From Eledone cirrhosa (taxonomy: Eukaryota): a stretch of 64,000 bases of DNA. The DNA lies in NCBI GenBank assembly GCA_964016885.1, contig OZ024741.1, positions 324,570,001-324,634,000 of the forward strand, given 5' to 3'. Each line of letters starts with the position of its first letter. Position 1 is the first letter of the stretch. The position numbers and the translations under genes are program-made. This document shows positions 1 through 12,910 of the stretch, in pieces. Under the pieces are notes generated by a model. The model did not search any database, was not told where the DNA came from, and saw nothing but the letters and a program-made list of their open reading frames with translations.

Positions 1-579
1 AGACCAGCGGCCAGCAGTCGGCAGAGAAACAATCCACGTGTTGGGTGGCAGATGAAATATAGAAAAGATTGTAAGAGGAGGAGGGTATAGAAGTGACCGG
101 AAGAAGGAAATAAATAAAGCCGATGTACAAAACAAGTTCACACACATCTTCACTGTCATCAGCTCTCAAACTAGCAAAATGGTTTCGCACGATTTAATTG
201 AGAGTACCATTTTAAAATGCTGGATCTTTCAGCAGAAAAATAAATCTTTCTGCTGGTATGATGTGTGTGATAAAACAAACAACACATAGAAGGACGAAAG
301 AAGACAAAGAAAAGAAAATAACAGGATAGTGACCCTCAAGTCTGTCCTAAATACAAAGCTAATCATAGCTATGATAAAGTTAAATAAATAAATATTGTCT
401 CTGATCGAGACGGTGTGAGAGTGTATTCATATAAAAATGAGAAAACCCATCGCAGAACAGCCGCCAAAACAGCTAAATATTGTCAATGACAGTGATGGGC
501 AAACATGCTTAAGAGGACAAAGACCAACGGCCAGCGGTCGACATAGAGACAATCCACGAGATGGTTGGCAGATGAAATA
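1..579. repeat. Unclassified ~520-bp unit bounded by a diverged ~59-bp direct repeat
   Basis: 1-59 (agaccagcggccagcagtcg...gcagatgaaata) recurs at 521-579; no ORF. Confidence 0.6.
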
Positions 580-659
580 CCTGTTGATCTGAGTTGTTTG
601 TTTCGTTAAAATAGTGGTAAGTACATCTGAACGTAGCCAATAGACTGTGTTATTGAGTC

Positions 660-1005
660 ATTAGAGGAAATGAGAGTGCAGGTATGAACTGAAGTATAGT
701 TTCTGCTTGGTCAGTCACTGTTAAAAGGTGTGTGGATGTCATGAGAATGACCCGAGTAGATGGGCCTACTCTGACCATTCGTCTATAGGCTGGAGAATTG
801 ATAGATGAGAGGGTGTTAATGTGGTTCCGAATCTAAGGGTTGGAAAAGAACACCTGCGTGATGCTCCTCGCTATTGGTGAATTCAGATGTTATATATTTC
901 ATTGCTCCCTATTTTCCTTCTGTTTACATGCGTTTATATAAATCCTCAATGTCCCTGTTTGTGTGTTGCCCTCTTTGTTTCTGTCCTTGTAACTAATAAA
1001 GAAAT
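660..1005 (+). mobile_element. 3' end fragment of Tx1-like LINE
   Basis: agaatgacccgagtagatgggcctactctga matches the ORF2 end at ~17965-17995; ends ccttgtaactaataaagaaa followed by an AAT/AAC repeat. Confidence 0.6.
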
Positions 1006-1042
1006 AATAACAATAACAACATTGATAATAATGATAATAATA

Positions 1043-1423
1043 ATTGTTTCTACTTTTGGCAGCAATTATCCCAGTACTTTACTGGTACTTTTTTTTATCG
1101 ACCCCGTAAGGATGAAAGGCAAAGTTAACCCCGGCAGGATTTGACCTGAGGCCGTAAAGGGACTAACTCTAGGCTGTAAAGCTTGGCTTCCGATACTCTA
1201 CTAATACTGCCAATCCACCACAGTAATGCTAATAATAATGGTTTCTTATATAGGCACAAGGCCAGCAATTTTGGGGGAGGTGAAAGTCAATTAAATTGAC
1301 CCCAGTGCGTGACTGGTACTTTATTTTATCTAGCCCGTAAGGATGAAAGGCATTTGAACTCAGATCATAAAGGGCGGTAAAATCATGGCGTCCAACCCTC
1401 TACCGATACTGCCAATCCACTGC
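1043..1423 (-). mobile_element. Two copies of tRNA-derived SINE (family S1)
   Basis: Reverse complement of ggcggtggattggcagtatcggtagag...gagttcaaatcccgccgaggttaactttgcctttcatccttacggggtcgataaaataaagtaccag...gtagaaacaatt, which has A-box-like TGGCAGTATCGG and B-box-like GTTCAAATCC; embedded in (AAT)n. Confidence 0.85.
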
Positions 1424-1467
1424 CCTAAATTAATGATAACAATAATGATAATGATGATGATAATAAC

Positions 1468-1647
1468 GAAGAAGAAGAAGAAGAAGAAGAAGAAGAAGAA
1501 GAAGAAGAAGAAGAAGAAGAAGAAGAAGAAGAAGAAGAAGAAGAAGAAGAAGAAGAAGAAGAAGAAGAAGAAGAAGAAGAAGAAGAAGAAGAAGAAGAAG
1601 AAGAAGAAGAAGAAGAAGAAGAAGAAGAAGAAGAAGAAGAAGAAGAA
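1468..1647. repeat. (GAA)n microsatellite, ~60 units
   Basis: Pure GAA run; source of the spurious poly-K/F/L ORFs. Confidence 0.98.
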
Positions 1648-1649
1648 CG

Positions 1650-4140
1650 TTACATATGATCGAAAACAAATATGGAAAATCACTGACAGTTGATGACATT
1701 AACAAGCTGCTATATGTCACTGCAACGGTGAGTACTGGCTAGCTGCAAGCAAAAAGAACAAAGAATACAAATGCGAAACAGAAATGGCAGAGACAGCCAG
1801 AAAGAAAATTTACAGAGTTGAGGAAGGATGCCCTTCTCGTATCTGAAATAGATAGGGGAACTGACATCAACCTCAACAGGCTTTCTAAGCTGAGAAGGAA
1901 ATACATAATCAATTAGGAAATCGATTGGAAAGACGTTGGCAAATCAATCAAACAAATGGTGCAGGTGAAGGCACACATATTCTTTTAACAGAACAAGATC
2001 TTTGCTGAAGATGCCAAAAGATTTTTCAGATAGTTAGGGAAGAATTTTGAAGTGAGAAAACCTCATTAGCTTCATGAGGCTGAACGCTTTTGAGCAACTA
2101 TCTGGAAAAAGGCCAAAGACGACAGTTCAAATGTCCGTTGGCTGGGGCATATGGAAGTTCCTGCATGCACCCAGGAATGGAATCAGATCACCTCATGGGA
2201 AATAAAATCAACACTCAGCAATGTTGAAAACTGGAGATCACCTGGCAGAGATGGCTTTCAGAATTTCTGACTAAAGCATCATCATGTGCTCCATGAAGCT
2301 TTGGTTGCCAAATTCTCCAGTATTGTAGAAAACCCAACATAGGCCTTAAATTGGATGACAACTGGCGTAATATATCTACTACCAAAGTATCAAAACACAG
2401 AAAATCCAAAGAGCATGTCTCCTAATGAAGTACAGGACCGTCATATCAGTGATCACCAGCAGGAGCTAAAATTACTTCGATTGTGGAGTTCTAGTGCAAC
2501 TTGAGGAAAAAGGCTCTAAACGAGAGAGCTAAAGGTGCAAATATCAGCTACTAATAATTAGACTCATAATGGAAAACTGAAAACAGAAGAAGAAACCGCG
2601 GTCAATGGCATGGGTAAATTACAAGAAGTCATTTGACAGCGTGCCTCATTCATGGATAATAAAGACTTTGAAATGGATCATATAGCACGTGTGGTCACAA
2701 ATTTCCTAAGGACAATGATGACATGATGACAAACTGAAAATCTACAATGGTCTTTCAACACCACAATAGGTCACTGGAATTTGAGCAGATCAAGATCAAT
2801 AGTGGAATACTCCTAGGCGACTCATTGTCCCCGTTTCTGCTCTGTATGTCAATTGCTTGGCAAAACAGACTATGAATTTAAAGTAGACAACACTCACTAC
2901 AGTCACCTCCTCTGGATGATATCATGAAATTTGTAAGCAATGAGGGGCAGCTGGAAAGTCTCATGTACACTGAAACAATTCTGAGATGACATCCATATGG
3001 AATTTGGACAAAAGAAGTGTGCAAGTGCCACATTCACGAGGGGTTTGTACTCTAGCACCCACAACACTGTCACAGACCAGAAAACTAGCATAAAGGAACC
3101 GAAGAATGAAGGGTTTTACAAATATATTGGAGTTAATGAAGGAGATGGAACCTAGCATACAAGGAATATACAACGAGAGTGAAACTAGTAACAGTAAGTA
3201 AGCAAAATGCCTGCAAAACGTTGAAAGTCATTAAGAGAATAGCAATGCCAGTGATAACATAGAACTGTAGTATCATATACTGGAACCAGCATGAACTACA
3301 AAGGATGGACATTAAGACTAGAAAGCTACTGAAAACCGGGAAAAAGCACCACACTAAAACCGTTGTACTTAGAATGTATATCTCAAGGACTTCTACAACT
3401 GGCAGCTGCATACAACACTGGAACCGATGAATTAGATAGCTATCGCATCCCAGATGAATCTCTCAAGCATGTACTAAAAGAGGAACGGAATATAAGGCTT
3501 CACTCAATATCAAAATAGGCAAGCAAATCTGAACATGGAACAAGATTAACCTATAGAAAATCAAAACGCGTGTACTGCACAGCTAGTTAATATTGTGAAG
3601 ATCAAAGAAAAGAAACTTCAAACAGAGGAACTAGAATGTGAATGGAAGGCAAAACCACCTCATGGTAGATTTCTAGAGCGCTCTTTTGTCAATGGTATTG
3701 ATCAGCATGGCTCACTAGACTAGTGCTATTCTGAAAGTTGAAACTGAGAAACTCACTATAGTCACAGAATAGTGAAAGATGAAAGTAGCCTCCTTTGCAG
3801 AATATGCACCAAATACGAAGAAAGGAAACTTGATGTTGTTTACGGGTGTCCAGAGCTGGCAAAAACTGAATATTTATAAAGACAAACAACCGCATTTCTA
3901 AATATGTCTACTGGAAGCACTTCCGATCTCATGAAATCCAGACCTCCAACAAATGGTATGAACATTAACGAAAAACAGTCGTGGAAGATGACAACATATC
4001 CAATCTGGGAGAAATGCCTGTGATAACTGACCAAGAAATCGCTGCACATACACCAGATATCATCATAAACAAACGAAAGATAAGGCATGTAGAGTGAAAG
4101 ATTTTGCTGTACCAGCTGACAAGAATGTATCTGTAAAAAC
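1650..4140 (+). pseudogene. Heavily decayed R4/Dong/NeSL-like non-LTR retrotransposon (RT + RLE remnants)
   Basis: Broken frames give WRSPG.DG, AWVNYKKSFDSVPHSWII (motif A), GILLGDSLSP (motif B'), EFGQKKCA, YKYIGV, WKAKPPHGRF, GCPELAKTEY and TPDIII; many stops and frameshifts. Confidence 0.8.
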
Positions 4141-4607
4141 AATTTTTTCTTACTTAATTTTAATATATAATATTGCTTCTCTGTGAGATTCATTTCATTG
4201 AGATGTTTAAGTAGAAGAGACTAATTCACCTTTAATTAATATTAAACTGCTCCTTAATTTGTCCAGTTGTACCAGACGGTCTTTTAGCTGCTGTTTCTAG
4301 CGATATATAAGCCTGTCACGTAGTCCTAATATGCTAGGGGATTTTGATAACGAAATACTACGCATGTTTTTATTCTTGCATGCTATCTCGGCATATGAAA
4401 CAGTATGTATATCTTGTTCAATTTCTCTTAGCTCTTGACTAATTAAAATTCTCCTGAACAAAGTGCCGGATTTTTCAATTATTCCCTATATCAATTCTTC
4501 CCCATATCAAACCATGGTAGGGATATCGATATATAAGCGAATTTAGATAGAATATTTTATTTTGTCTATCTTGCTTGTAATTTGAGTTTTTACTTATTTT
4601 TATTTTA

Positions 4608-4657
<50 letters not shown>

Positions 4658-4686
4658 TAAAATAAAATATATATATATATATATAA

Positions 4687-5125
4687 CGAAGGAAATGTGG
4701 TAAGGAAACAGATGGACCATAACGCACCAAAGTATTCAATACTTAGGGTAGTAGAGTGGGTAATATGAACAAGTAAGACCCCGACGGCTGAGCACAAACC
4801 GTTTCGACGGCTAATTCTGGACGCAGAATTAGCCGTCGGGGTCTTACTTGTTCCTATTACCCACTCTACTACCCTAAGTATTGAGTACTTTGGTGCGTTA
4901 TGGTCCATCTGGTTCCTTACTTCGTCGGGGTCTTACTTGTTCCTATATATATATAGAAAAGATTTAGGACCCCGACGGGTGAGCTCCGGCCGTTTCAACA
5001 GCTAGAGTTCGGATCTAGCTGCCGATACGGCCAGAGCTAAGCCGTCGGGGTCCTGATTCTTTTCCTATTACCCACTCGAGTATTCTAGTGGGTTATGGTC
5101 CACCTCTATTTTACCACACCTTTTC

Positions 5126-5127
<2 letters not shown>
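4687..5127. mobile_element. Two foldback (inverted) 3'-terminal fragments of a PLE-like family between (TA)n runs
   Basis: Arms ~4700-4789/4830-4920 and ~4955-5008/5017-5070 are reverse complements; both contain a GAAA(GATA)-CGGY..GCCG-TC-GGGGTC hammerhead 3' half. Confidence 0.7.
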
Positions 5128-5187
<60 letters not shown>

Positions 5188-5188
5188 C

Positions 5189-5219
<31 letters not shown>

Positions 5220-5489
5220 ATGTTTGTGTGTGTTTCTATGTGTGTGTGAGTGTATGTGTGATTTTGTGTGCGTGTTATAATTATTTCATTATCTTTCTCA
5301 ATTTTGATGTTTTTTTCTATAAAAAAAAGCTTTATTTAGTAATTACCAACTACGTTGATTGCATTAATTACTGATGTTTAATTCTTCTAAGAAACACTGG
5401 CTTACAAATTCTCCAGTTTCTTCATTTGAGTTTTGCATGTGTTGTTACTGTGTGTTGTTATTGTACGTACTGGCTATTGTTATTATTAG

Positions 5490-5775
5490 AGGACGGTGGA
5501 TTGGCAGTGGGGTCGATAAAATAAAGTACCAGTTATGCACTGAGTATTTGCTGGCCTTGTGCCTAAAGTAGAAACAGTTATTATTAGAGGGCGGTGAATT
5601 GGCAGTATTGGGAGAAAGGTCAGACATGCTTTCCAGCGTAGTTACGTCCCTTTACGATCTGAGTTCAAATCCAGCCGAGGTTAACTTTGCCTTTCAGCCT
5701 TACGGGGTCGATAAAATAAAGTACCAGTAATCTACTGGTATTTGCTGGCCTCGTGCCTAAAGTAGAAACAGTTAT
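5490..5775 (+). mobile_element. SINE S1: one internally deleted and one full copy
   Basis: ggcggtgaattggcagtattgg...gagttcaaatccagccgagg...aaagtagaaacagttatt. Confidence 0.85.
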
Positions 5776-5822
5776 TATTAGAGGTGATGGCAGAGGCGAT
5801 GGTGTAGAGAGTTAGTATTAGC

Positions 5823-8800
5823 TGTTGCTGTTGATGTTGGTTGAGATGTTAGTGGTGATGTTGTCGGTACTGGTGGTGGTGTTGGTGGTGGTTGTGGTGG
5901 TGGTGTTGATTGAGGTGGTGGTTGTGATGTTGGTGGTGGTGTTGGTTTTGATTGTGGTGGTGGTGTTGATTGTGGTGGTGGTTGTGATGTTGGTGGTGGT
6001 GTTGGTGGTGGTTGAGGTGGTGGTGGTTGTGATGTTGGTGGTGGTGTTGGTAGTGGTTGTGGTGGTGGTGTTGATTGAGGTGGTGGTTGTGATGTTGGTG
6101 GTGATGTTGGTGGTGGTTGTGGTGGTGGTGTTGATTGTGGTGGTGGTTGTGATGTTGGTGGTGGTGTTGGTGGTGGTTGAGGTGGTGGTGGTTGTTGTGA
6201 TGTTGGTGGTGGTGTTGGTAGTGGTTGTGGTGGTGGTGTTGATTGTGGTGGTGGTTGTGATGTTGGTGGTGGTGTTGGTGGTGGTTGTGGTGGTGGTGTT
6301 GATTGTGGTTATGGTTGTGATGTTGGTGGTGGTGTTGGTGGTGGTTGAGGTGGTGGTGGTTGTGATGTTGGTGGTGGTGTTGGTGGTGGTTGTGGTGGTG
6401 GTGTTGATTGTGGTGGTGGTTGTGATGTTGTGGTGGTGTTGGTGGTGGTTGTGGTGGTGGTGTTGATTGTGGTGGTGGTTGTGATGTTGGTGGTGTTGGT
6501 GGTGGTTGTGGTGGTGGTGGTGGTGGTGGTTGTGACGTTGGTGGTGGTGTTGGTGGTGGTTGTGGTGGTGGTGTTGATTGTGGTGGTGGTTGTGATGTTG
6601 GTGGTGGTGTTGGTGGTGGTTGAGGTGGTGGTGGTGGTGTTAATTGTGGTGGTGGTGTTAATTGTGGTGGTGGTTATGATGTTGGTGGTGTTGGTGGTGG
6701 TTGTGGTGGTGGTTGTGATGTTGGTGGTGGTGTTGGTGGTGGTTGTGGTGGTGGTGTTGATTGAGGTGGTGGTTGTGATGTTGGTGGTGTTGGTGGTGGT
6801 GGTTGTGATGTTGGTGGTGGTGTTGGTGGTGTTGGTTGTGGTGCTGGTGGTGAGGTTGTGATGTTGGTGGTGGTGTTGGTGGTGGTTGTAAGGCTGGTGT
6901 TGATTGTGGTGGTGGTTGTGATGTTGGTGGTGTTGGTGGTGGTGGTTGCGATGTTGGTGGTGTTGGTGGTGGTTGTGGTGGTGGTTGCGATGTTGGTGGT
7001 GTTGGTGGTAGTTGTGGTGGTGGTGGTGGTTGTGATGTTGGTGGTGGTGTTGGTGGTGGTTGTGGTTGTGATGTGCGTGGTGGTTGTGGTGGTGGTGTTG
7101 ATTGTGGTGGTGGTTGTGATGTTGGTGGTGTTAGTGGTGGTTGTGGTGGTGCTGGTGGTGGTGGTGGTTGTGATGTTGATGGTTGTGGTGTTGGTGGTTG
7201 TGGTGGTGGTGGTGTTGATTGTGGTGGTGGTTGTGATGTTGGTGGTGTTGGTGGTGGTTGTGGTGCTGGTGGTGGTGGTTGTGATGTTGGTGGTGGTGTT
7301 GGTGGTGGTGGTTGTGGTGCTGGTGGTGAGGTTGTGATGTTGGTGGTGGTGTTGGTGGTGGTTGTGGTGGTTGTGTTGATTGTGGTGGTGGTTGTGATGT
7401 TGGTGGTGTTGGTGGTGGATGTGGTGGTGGTTGTGATGTTGGTGGTTGTGGTGTTGGTGGAGGTTGTGGTGGTGGTGTTGATTGTGGTGGTGGTTGTGAT
7501 GTTGGTGGTGTTGGTGGTCGTTGTGGTGGTGGTGGTTTTCATTGTGGTGGTGGTTGTGATGTTGTTGGTGCTGGTGGTGCTGGTGGTCGTTGTGGTGGTG
7601 GTTGCGATGTTGGTGGTGTTGTTGGTGGTTGTGGTGGTGGTGGTTGTGACGTTGATTGTGGTGTTTGTGGTGGTTGTGGTGGTGGTGTTTATTGTGGTGG
7701 TAGTTGTGATGTTAGTGATGTTGGTGGTGGTGTTGGTGCTGGTTGTGGTGGTGGTATTGATTTTTGTGGTGGTTGTGATGTTGGTGGTGTTGTTGTGGTT
7801 GTGGTGGTGGTTGTGGTGGTGGTTGTGATGTTGGTGGTGGTGGTGTTGGTGGTGGTTGTGGTGGTGGTGTTGATTGTGCTGGTGGTTGTGATTTTGGTGG
7901 TGTTGGTGATGGTTGTGGTGGTGGTTGTGGTGGTGGTTGTGATGTTGGTGGTGGTGTTGGTGGTGGTTGTGGTGTTGGTGTTGATTGTGGTGGTGGTTGT
8001 GATGTTGGTGGTGGTGTTGGTGGTGGTTGTGGTGGTGGTGTTGATTGTGGTGGTGGTTGTGATGTTGGTGGTGTTGGTGGTGGTGGTTGCGATGTTGGTG
8101 GCGTTGGTGGTGGTTGTGGTGGTGTTTGCGATGTTGGTGGTGTTGGTGGTGGTTGTGGTCGTGGTGGTTGTGGTCGTGGTGGTTGTGGTGTTGGTGGTGG
8201 TTGTGGTGGTGGTGTTGATTGTGGTAGTGGTTGTGATTTTTGTGTGTTGGTGGTGGTTGTGGTGGTGGTGGTTGTGACGTTGGTGGTGGTTGTCGTGATG
8301 GTGTTGATTGTGGTGGTGGTTGTGATGTTGGTGGTGTTGGTGGTGGTTGTGGTGGGGGTAGTGGTAGTTGTGAATTTGGTGGTTGTGGTGTTGGTGGTGG
8401 TTGTGGTGGTGGTTTTGATTGTGGTGGTGGTTGTGATGTTTGTGGTGTTGATGGTGGTTGTGGTTGTGGTGGTGGTGGTTGTGATGTTGGTGGTGGTGTT
8501 GGTGGTGGTTGTGGTGGTGGTGTTGATTGTGGTGGTGGTTGTGATGTTGGTATGTTGGTGGTGGTTTTGGTGGTGGTGGTGGTGGTTGTGATGTTGGTGG
8601 TTGTGGTGTTGGTTGTGGTTGTGGTGGTGGTGTTGATTGTGGTGGTGGTTGTGATGTTGGTGGTGTTGGTGGTGGTTGTGGTGGTGGTGGTGGTGGTTGT
8701 GATGTTGGTGGTGGTGTTGGTGGTGGTTGTGGTGGTGGTGTTGATTGTGGTGGTTGTTGTGATGTTGGTGGTGTTGGTGGTGGTTGTGATGTTGGTAGTG

Positions 8801-8893
8801 GTGTTGGTGGTGGTTGTGGTGGTGGTGTTGATTGTGGTGTTGGTGGTTGTGGTGTTGGTGGTGGTTGTGATGTTGGTGGTTGTGGTGTTGGTG
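5823..8893. repeat. 3-kb GGT/GTT-rich compound satellite with ~60-bp higher-order modules
   Basis: Recurring GTTGTGATGTTG and GTGTTGATTGTG modules in GGT runs; gives poly-V/T/P/H ORFs in many frames. Confidence 0.95.
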
Positions 8894-9676
8894 TATGTGT
8901 GAGATCATTCATGGTGTTTGTTTTTTACGATAAAACAAACACAGTACATATAATCAGAACATTGATAAAAACAAAACATCAAAAACAAATTCATAGTATA
9001 AACACATTTAATCTTGATCCAAATATAAGAGATACTATAATTATAATCAAAATAGCAAATATATGAATAAAACAAATAATAATAAAATAATTAAATTAGT
9101 TAATTAAATGAATTAAATTTATTGAAGACAAAAATGGATATTTAATAAACAAATAAATATAATATAAATAAATTTAATATATGTTCATGAGGAACATCGG
9201 GTGTGAAAGAGTTAAAGTTTATGTGTGGAGGTAAAGAAATTCAATTAATGAAAATATATGTAGCGTGTATTTATTATGTTACTTGATGTAGGACAGAGCT
9301 GCTTTGTTTGTCAGCTCTGTAGATAATGTTCAATAAATTTCATTTAAGAGCTGAATGTTACAGCTATATCTCTTGGCTGAGTATTAAAACCAGCAAAGAA
9401 TTTATGGTGTGAATATTCAATGCCGCTCTCCCGTAAGACGGCGTGATTGTAGCGCTGCTGAAGTCGTTAAAGATAGTCAGAGAGAGAGATTGTGAGAGAG
9501 AGAGAGGGTAAGAGGGACGGAGAGAGAGAGAGAGATGGGAGGAATAAAAAGTTAGAATGGGTGGGATGTGTGCGGGTAGGGGCTTGTATAAAATACAATG
9601 ACACATAGCAATGACACAAAAAATACCGTCAACAGTAACAATTATAAATAGAATTGTTGGCTTCACTACGTATGCC

Positions 9677-9773
<97 letters not shown>

Positions 9774-9775
<2 letters not shown>

Positions 9776-10491
9776 CGCACCAACCGGAGGTATATGGTCT
9801 TTAAAGCGATTAAATACCAATGATGGTTGGAAGATTACTGATGAAGGACTAACTTTATTCATATGTAACCCATTAGCAACCACGCACCACGTTTATTCTC
9901 ATATTTACACATATTTTTTCCCTCGCTGTTACACGTCTATTTCGTTCTTACTGCTTCCTCTTTCTCTGTATCTTTACTCTCTCTAGCAGTCACTCTCTCT
10001 GTTAGCCTCTTCCTCACCCTTCACTCACTCATTCTCTGTTACTACCTCTCCTCCTCCTCCTTCTTCCCGTTTGACCTGTGCGTAATTCTTTTCTTTCGCA
10101 CCCTTGGTCTGGCAGGTCGCTTTTTTTCTCTCTCTCGTCTACGATTTCACAGAACTTACGTTCACCGAAATCACAGACTAGATCCCTTCTTCCTCCCGTT
10201 AGACCTGTACGGAATTCCTTCCTTGCTCACATTCCAACCAGGTTTGATGGTCTTTATTCTCTCTCGTTCACGATTTCACCGAATTTAAATTCATAGAAAT
10301 TTGGGACTTGACTCCTTCTTCCTCATTTTTCGTTACTTCACCATTTTTGTTTGTTTACACTCGTGTCCCCTTTATTTACGTGTCCCAACGACATTTTTTA
10401 GCCGTTGCTCGCACCAACCGGAGGTATATGGTCTTTAAAGCGATGAAATACCAATGATGGTTGGAAGATCACTGATGAAGGACTAACTTTA

Positions 10492-10498
<7 letters not shown>
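9774..10498. mobile_element. ORF-less 634-bp unit plus 91-bp terminal direct repeat between (CA)n and (TA)n
   Basis: 9774-9864 recurs at 10408-10498; internal ~130-bp diverged dimer (10062-10320). Confidence 0.7.
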
Positions 10499-10534
<36 letters not shown>

Positions 10535-11191
10535 GAAACTAACTGAAATGAATTTAAGCTAGATATACGTACAGAGTGGGTTGAGATGATATATGAAAGA
10601 AGTAGCGCGCAGCGACATTTATGGCTCCTCTGAAAGACATTAGCGATGATCGGGGTGTAAAGCAACAACATTTCCTATATAAAAAAACATCTTACACAAG
10701 ATACCAGGTTTGTAGAAAAAGAGCCTGTGTGTATGAGAATGCATTCGATAGAAACGTCTCCAAAACCTTAGTAGTGTTGATTTTATAGAACACAGCTGAT
10801 TGGATTGACTGATTGTGAAATACAGTGTCTTGCTGAAATGTTGCGTATTCCGAGACCCACAAAGAGTTCCAAAACAACACCAGTCAATTAGAATGGAATA
10901 TCTAACTTCAAGAATCATCTTGGTAATGAGAAGAATCTGTAAAACCAAAACCAAGCATTGGTATTTATTTTTGTACGCTCGAAGCCTCGATATTTTAGAA
11001 AATTATTGTATAGCTTTAATGTTACACAGAAATATGAATAAAACTCAAAAGGAAGATCTTTTTTTATAATGAAGAACAATCAACGTACCTTTTCAAAACA
11101 ACATGCCTCAAAGAAGTTCAAATTCTAATTGTTATATGCCTACACATGAATGTATAGATATCTATAGATATTATGTGATATATACACATGT

Positions 11192-11343
<152 letters not shown>

Positions 11344-11475
11344 GAGTTTAATAAATGCACAGAGAACAAAAAACAGAGAGTCAGTACAAATGATATTGTT
11401 TTTACTCCAACTCCCACCCCAGTTTAGGTTGTTTTGGTGCTACGACAAGTACCCAGCTCATAATGTAAATGTAGT

Positions 11476-11520
<45 letters not shown>

Positions 11521-11742
11521 TGTGTGTGTGACTGTGTCTCTGTGTGTATGCAGGATAGCCGTAGATAATAGGTAAAGGAAAAAAATGTTCAATCTAGCAT
11601 AAGAAAGGTTATTTAGTTTATAAAGTTCATACACTTAACATCTAAGCACGACCTTAGGTTTCAGGCTCCAATTATGGCTACCACTGTATAGTGGAGCAGC
11701 CATTATAAAGCTAGCCTCCTTCGGCAGAACTGAAGCTGTTTA

Positions 11743-11803
11743 GACGGCTATTTCTGCCGTCGAAACGGCTTGAGCTCTGCCGTCGGGGTCTTGAACATTT
11801 TCC
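11743..11803 (+). ncRNA. Hammerhead 3' half (family H)
   Basis: gacggc-tatttct-gccgtc GAAA cggc-ttgagctct-gccg TC ggggtc; no CTGANGA upstream. Confidence 0.55.
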
Positions 11804-11829
11804 TATATATATATAGCATAGCACTCATA

Positions 11830-11899
<70 letters not shown>

Positions 11900-11987
11900 T
11901 GCTATGCTAACTCATTCATATTGTAGGTCGACTTTGCTTGCCCACAGCCAAAGCTTCGATGTTACTAAGCTTCCACTTATATATATA

Positions 11988-12660
11988 TAAATGGAAAAAA
12001 TGAAACGAAATTTCATTTCTCACTCACTCTTAGTACGGCTGTTACTTAAATATAAGTATGTATACGTACATACATATATGTTTACAGACGTACAGTAGTA
12101 TGTATATATATACATACATGCACACATATATATATGTACGTATGGATTTACCGAACATTTATTATAATGCTCGGTTTGTTTGTAAACAAACATCCCGAAT
12201 TAAGCCGTACAGTGTTTAGCAACCATCGTTGCCCTTTTGTTCATCGCTGGCAAAGGAACGATGTACTAGTTTCAAGCTTATTAGCTATCGTCAGCACCGT
12301 ATACCTTCCTGCCAGATGATTGAACGTGCGAAAGTATATATTTTCCTTGTGCATCTTAACGGCTGAGCAGCCTAATGTGCATATCGTGTGAGTTAATCGG
12401 CCGGGCGCACCGAAAACGATAAATGGAAAAAAATGAAACGAAATTTCATTTCTCACTCACTCTTAGTACGGCTGTTACTTAAATATAAGTATGTATACGT
12501 ACATACATATATGTACACAGACGTACAGTAGTATGTATATATATACATACATGCACACATATATATACGTACGTATGGATTTACTGAACATTTATTATAA
12601 TGCTCGGTGTGTTTGTAAACAAACATCCCGAATTAAGCCGTACAGTGTTTAGCAACCATC
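11988..12660 (-). mobile_element. Retrozyme-like/PLE-derived non-coding tandem: 432-bp unit x ~1.56 (family A)
   Basis: 11988-12228 repeated at 12420-12660; contains a hammerhead; starts at (TA)n. Confidence 0.8.
12249..12313 (-). ncRNA. Type-I hammerhead ribozyme (family A)
   Basis: Minus strand: acggtg CTGACGA t-agct-aata-agct-t GAAA ctag TA catcgt; helix I extends (ggcaggaagg/cctttgcc). Confidence 0.88.
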
Positions 12661-12813
12661 TCTCCGGAATTAACTCCATTACAATATGGTAGACTTAATG
12701 AGTTGCTATTAAGCCCAACGAAACTGGAGCATCTGCGCAATGCTTATACGTAACTCGCCCCACGGGGTGAATGCTCTAAACTCTTTGATATTCTACACCA
12801 AGCTTTTCCTACA

Positions 12814-12910
<97 letters not shown>

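Noticed and set aside
130-200. Minus-strand CTGATGA near a GAAA
   Set aside because: No pairing for helices I-III in any topology.
1360-1720. Poly-K/F/L ORFs, and all YI/HT/CV/V/T-repeat ORFs across the window
   Set aside because: These are translations of microsatellites with no coding signal.
9830-9864. CTGATGA in the terminal repeat (also ~10472) as a hammerhead
   Set aside because: No correctly placed GAAA or helix I partner.
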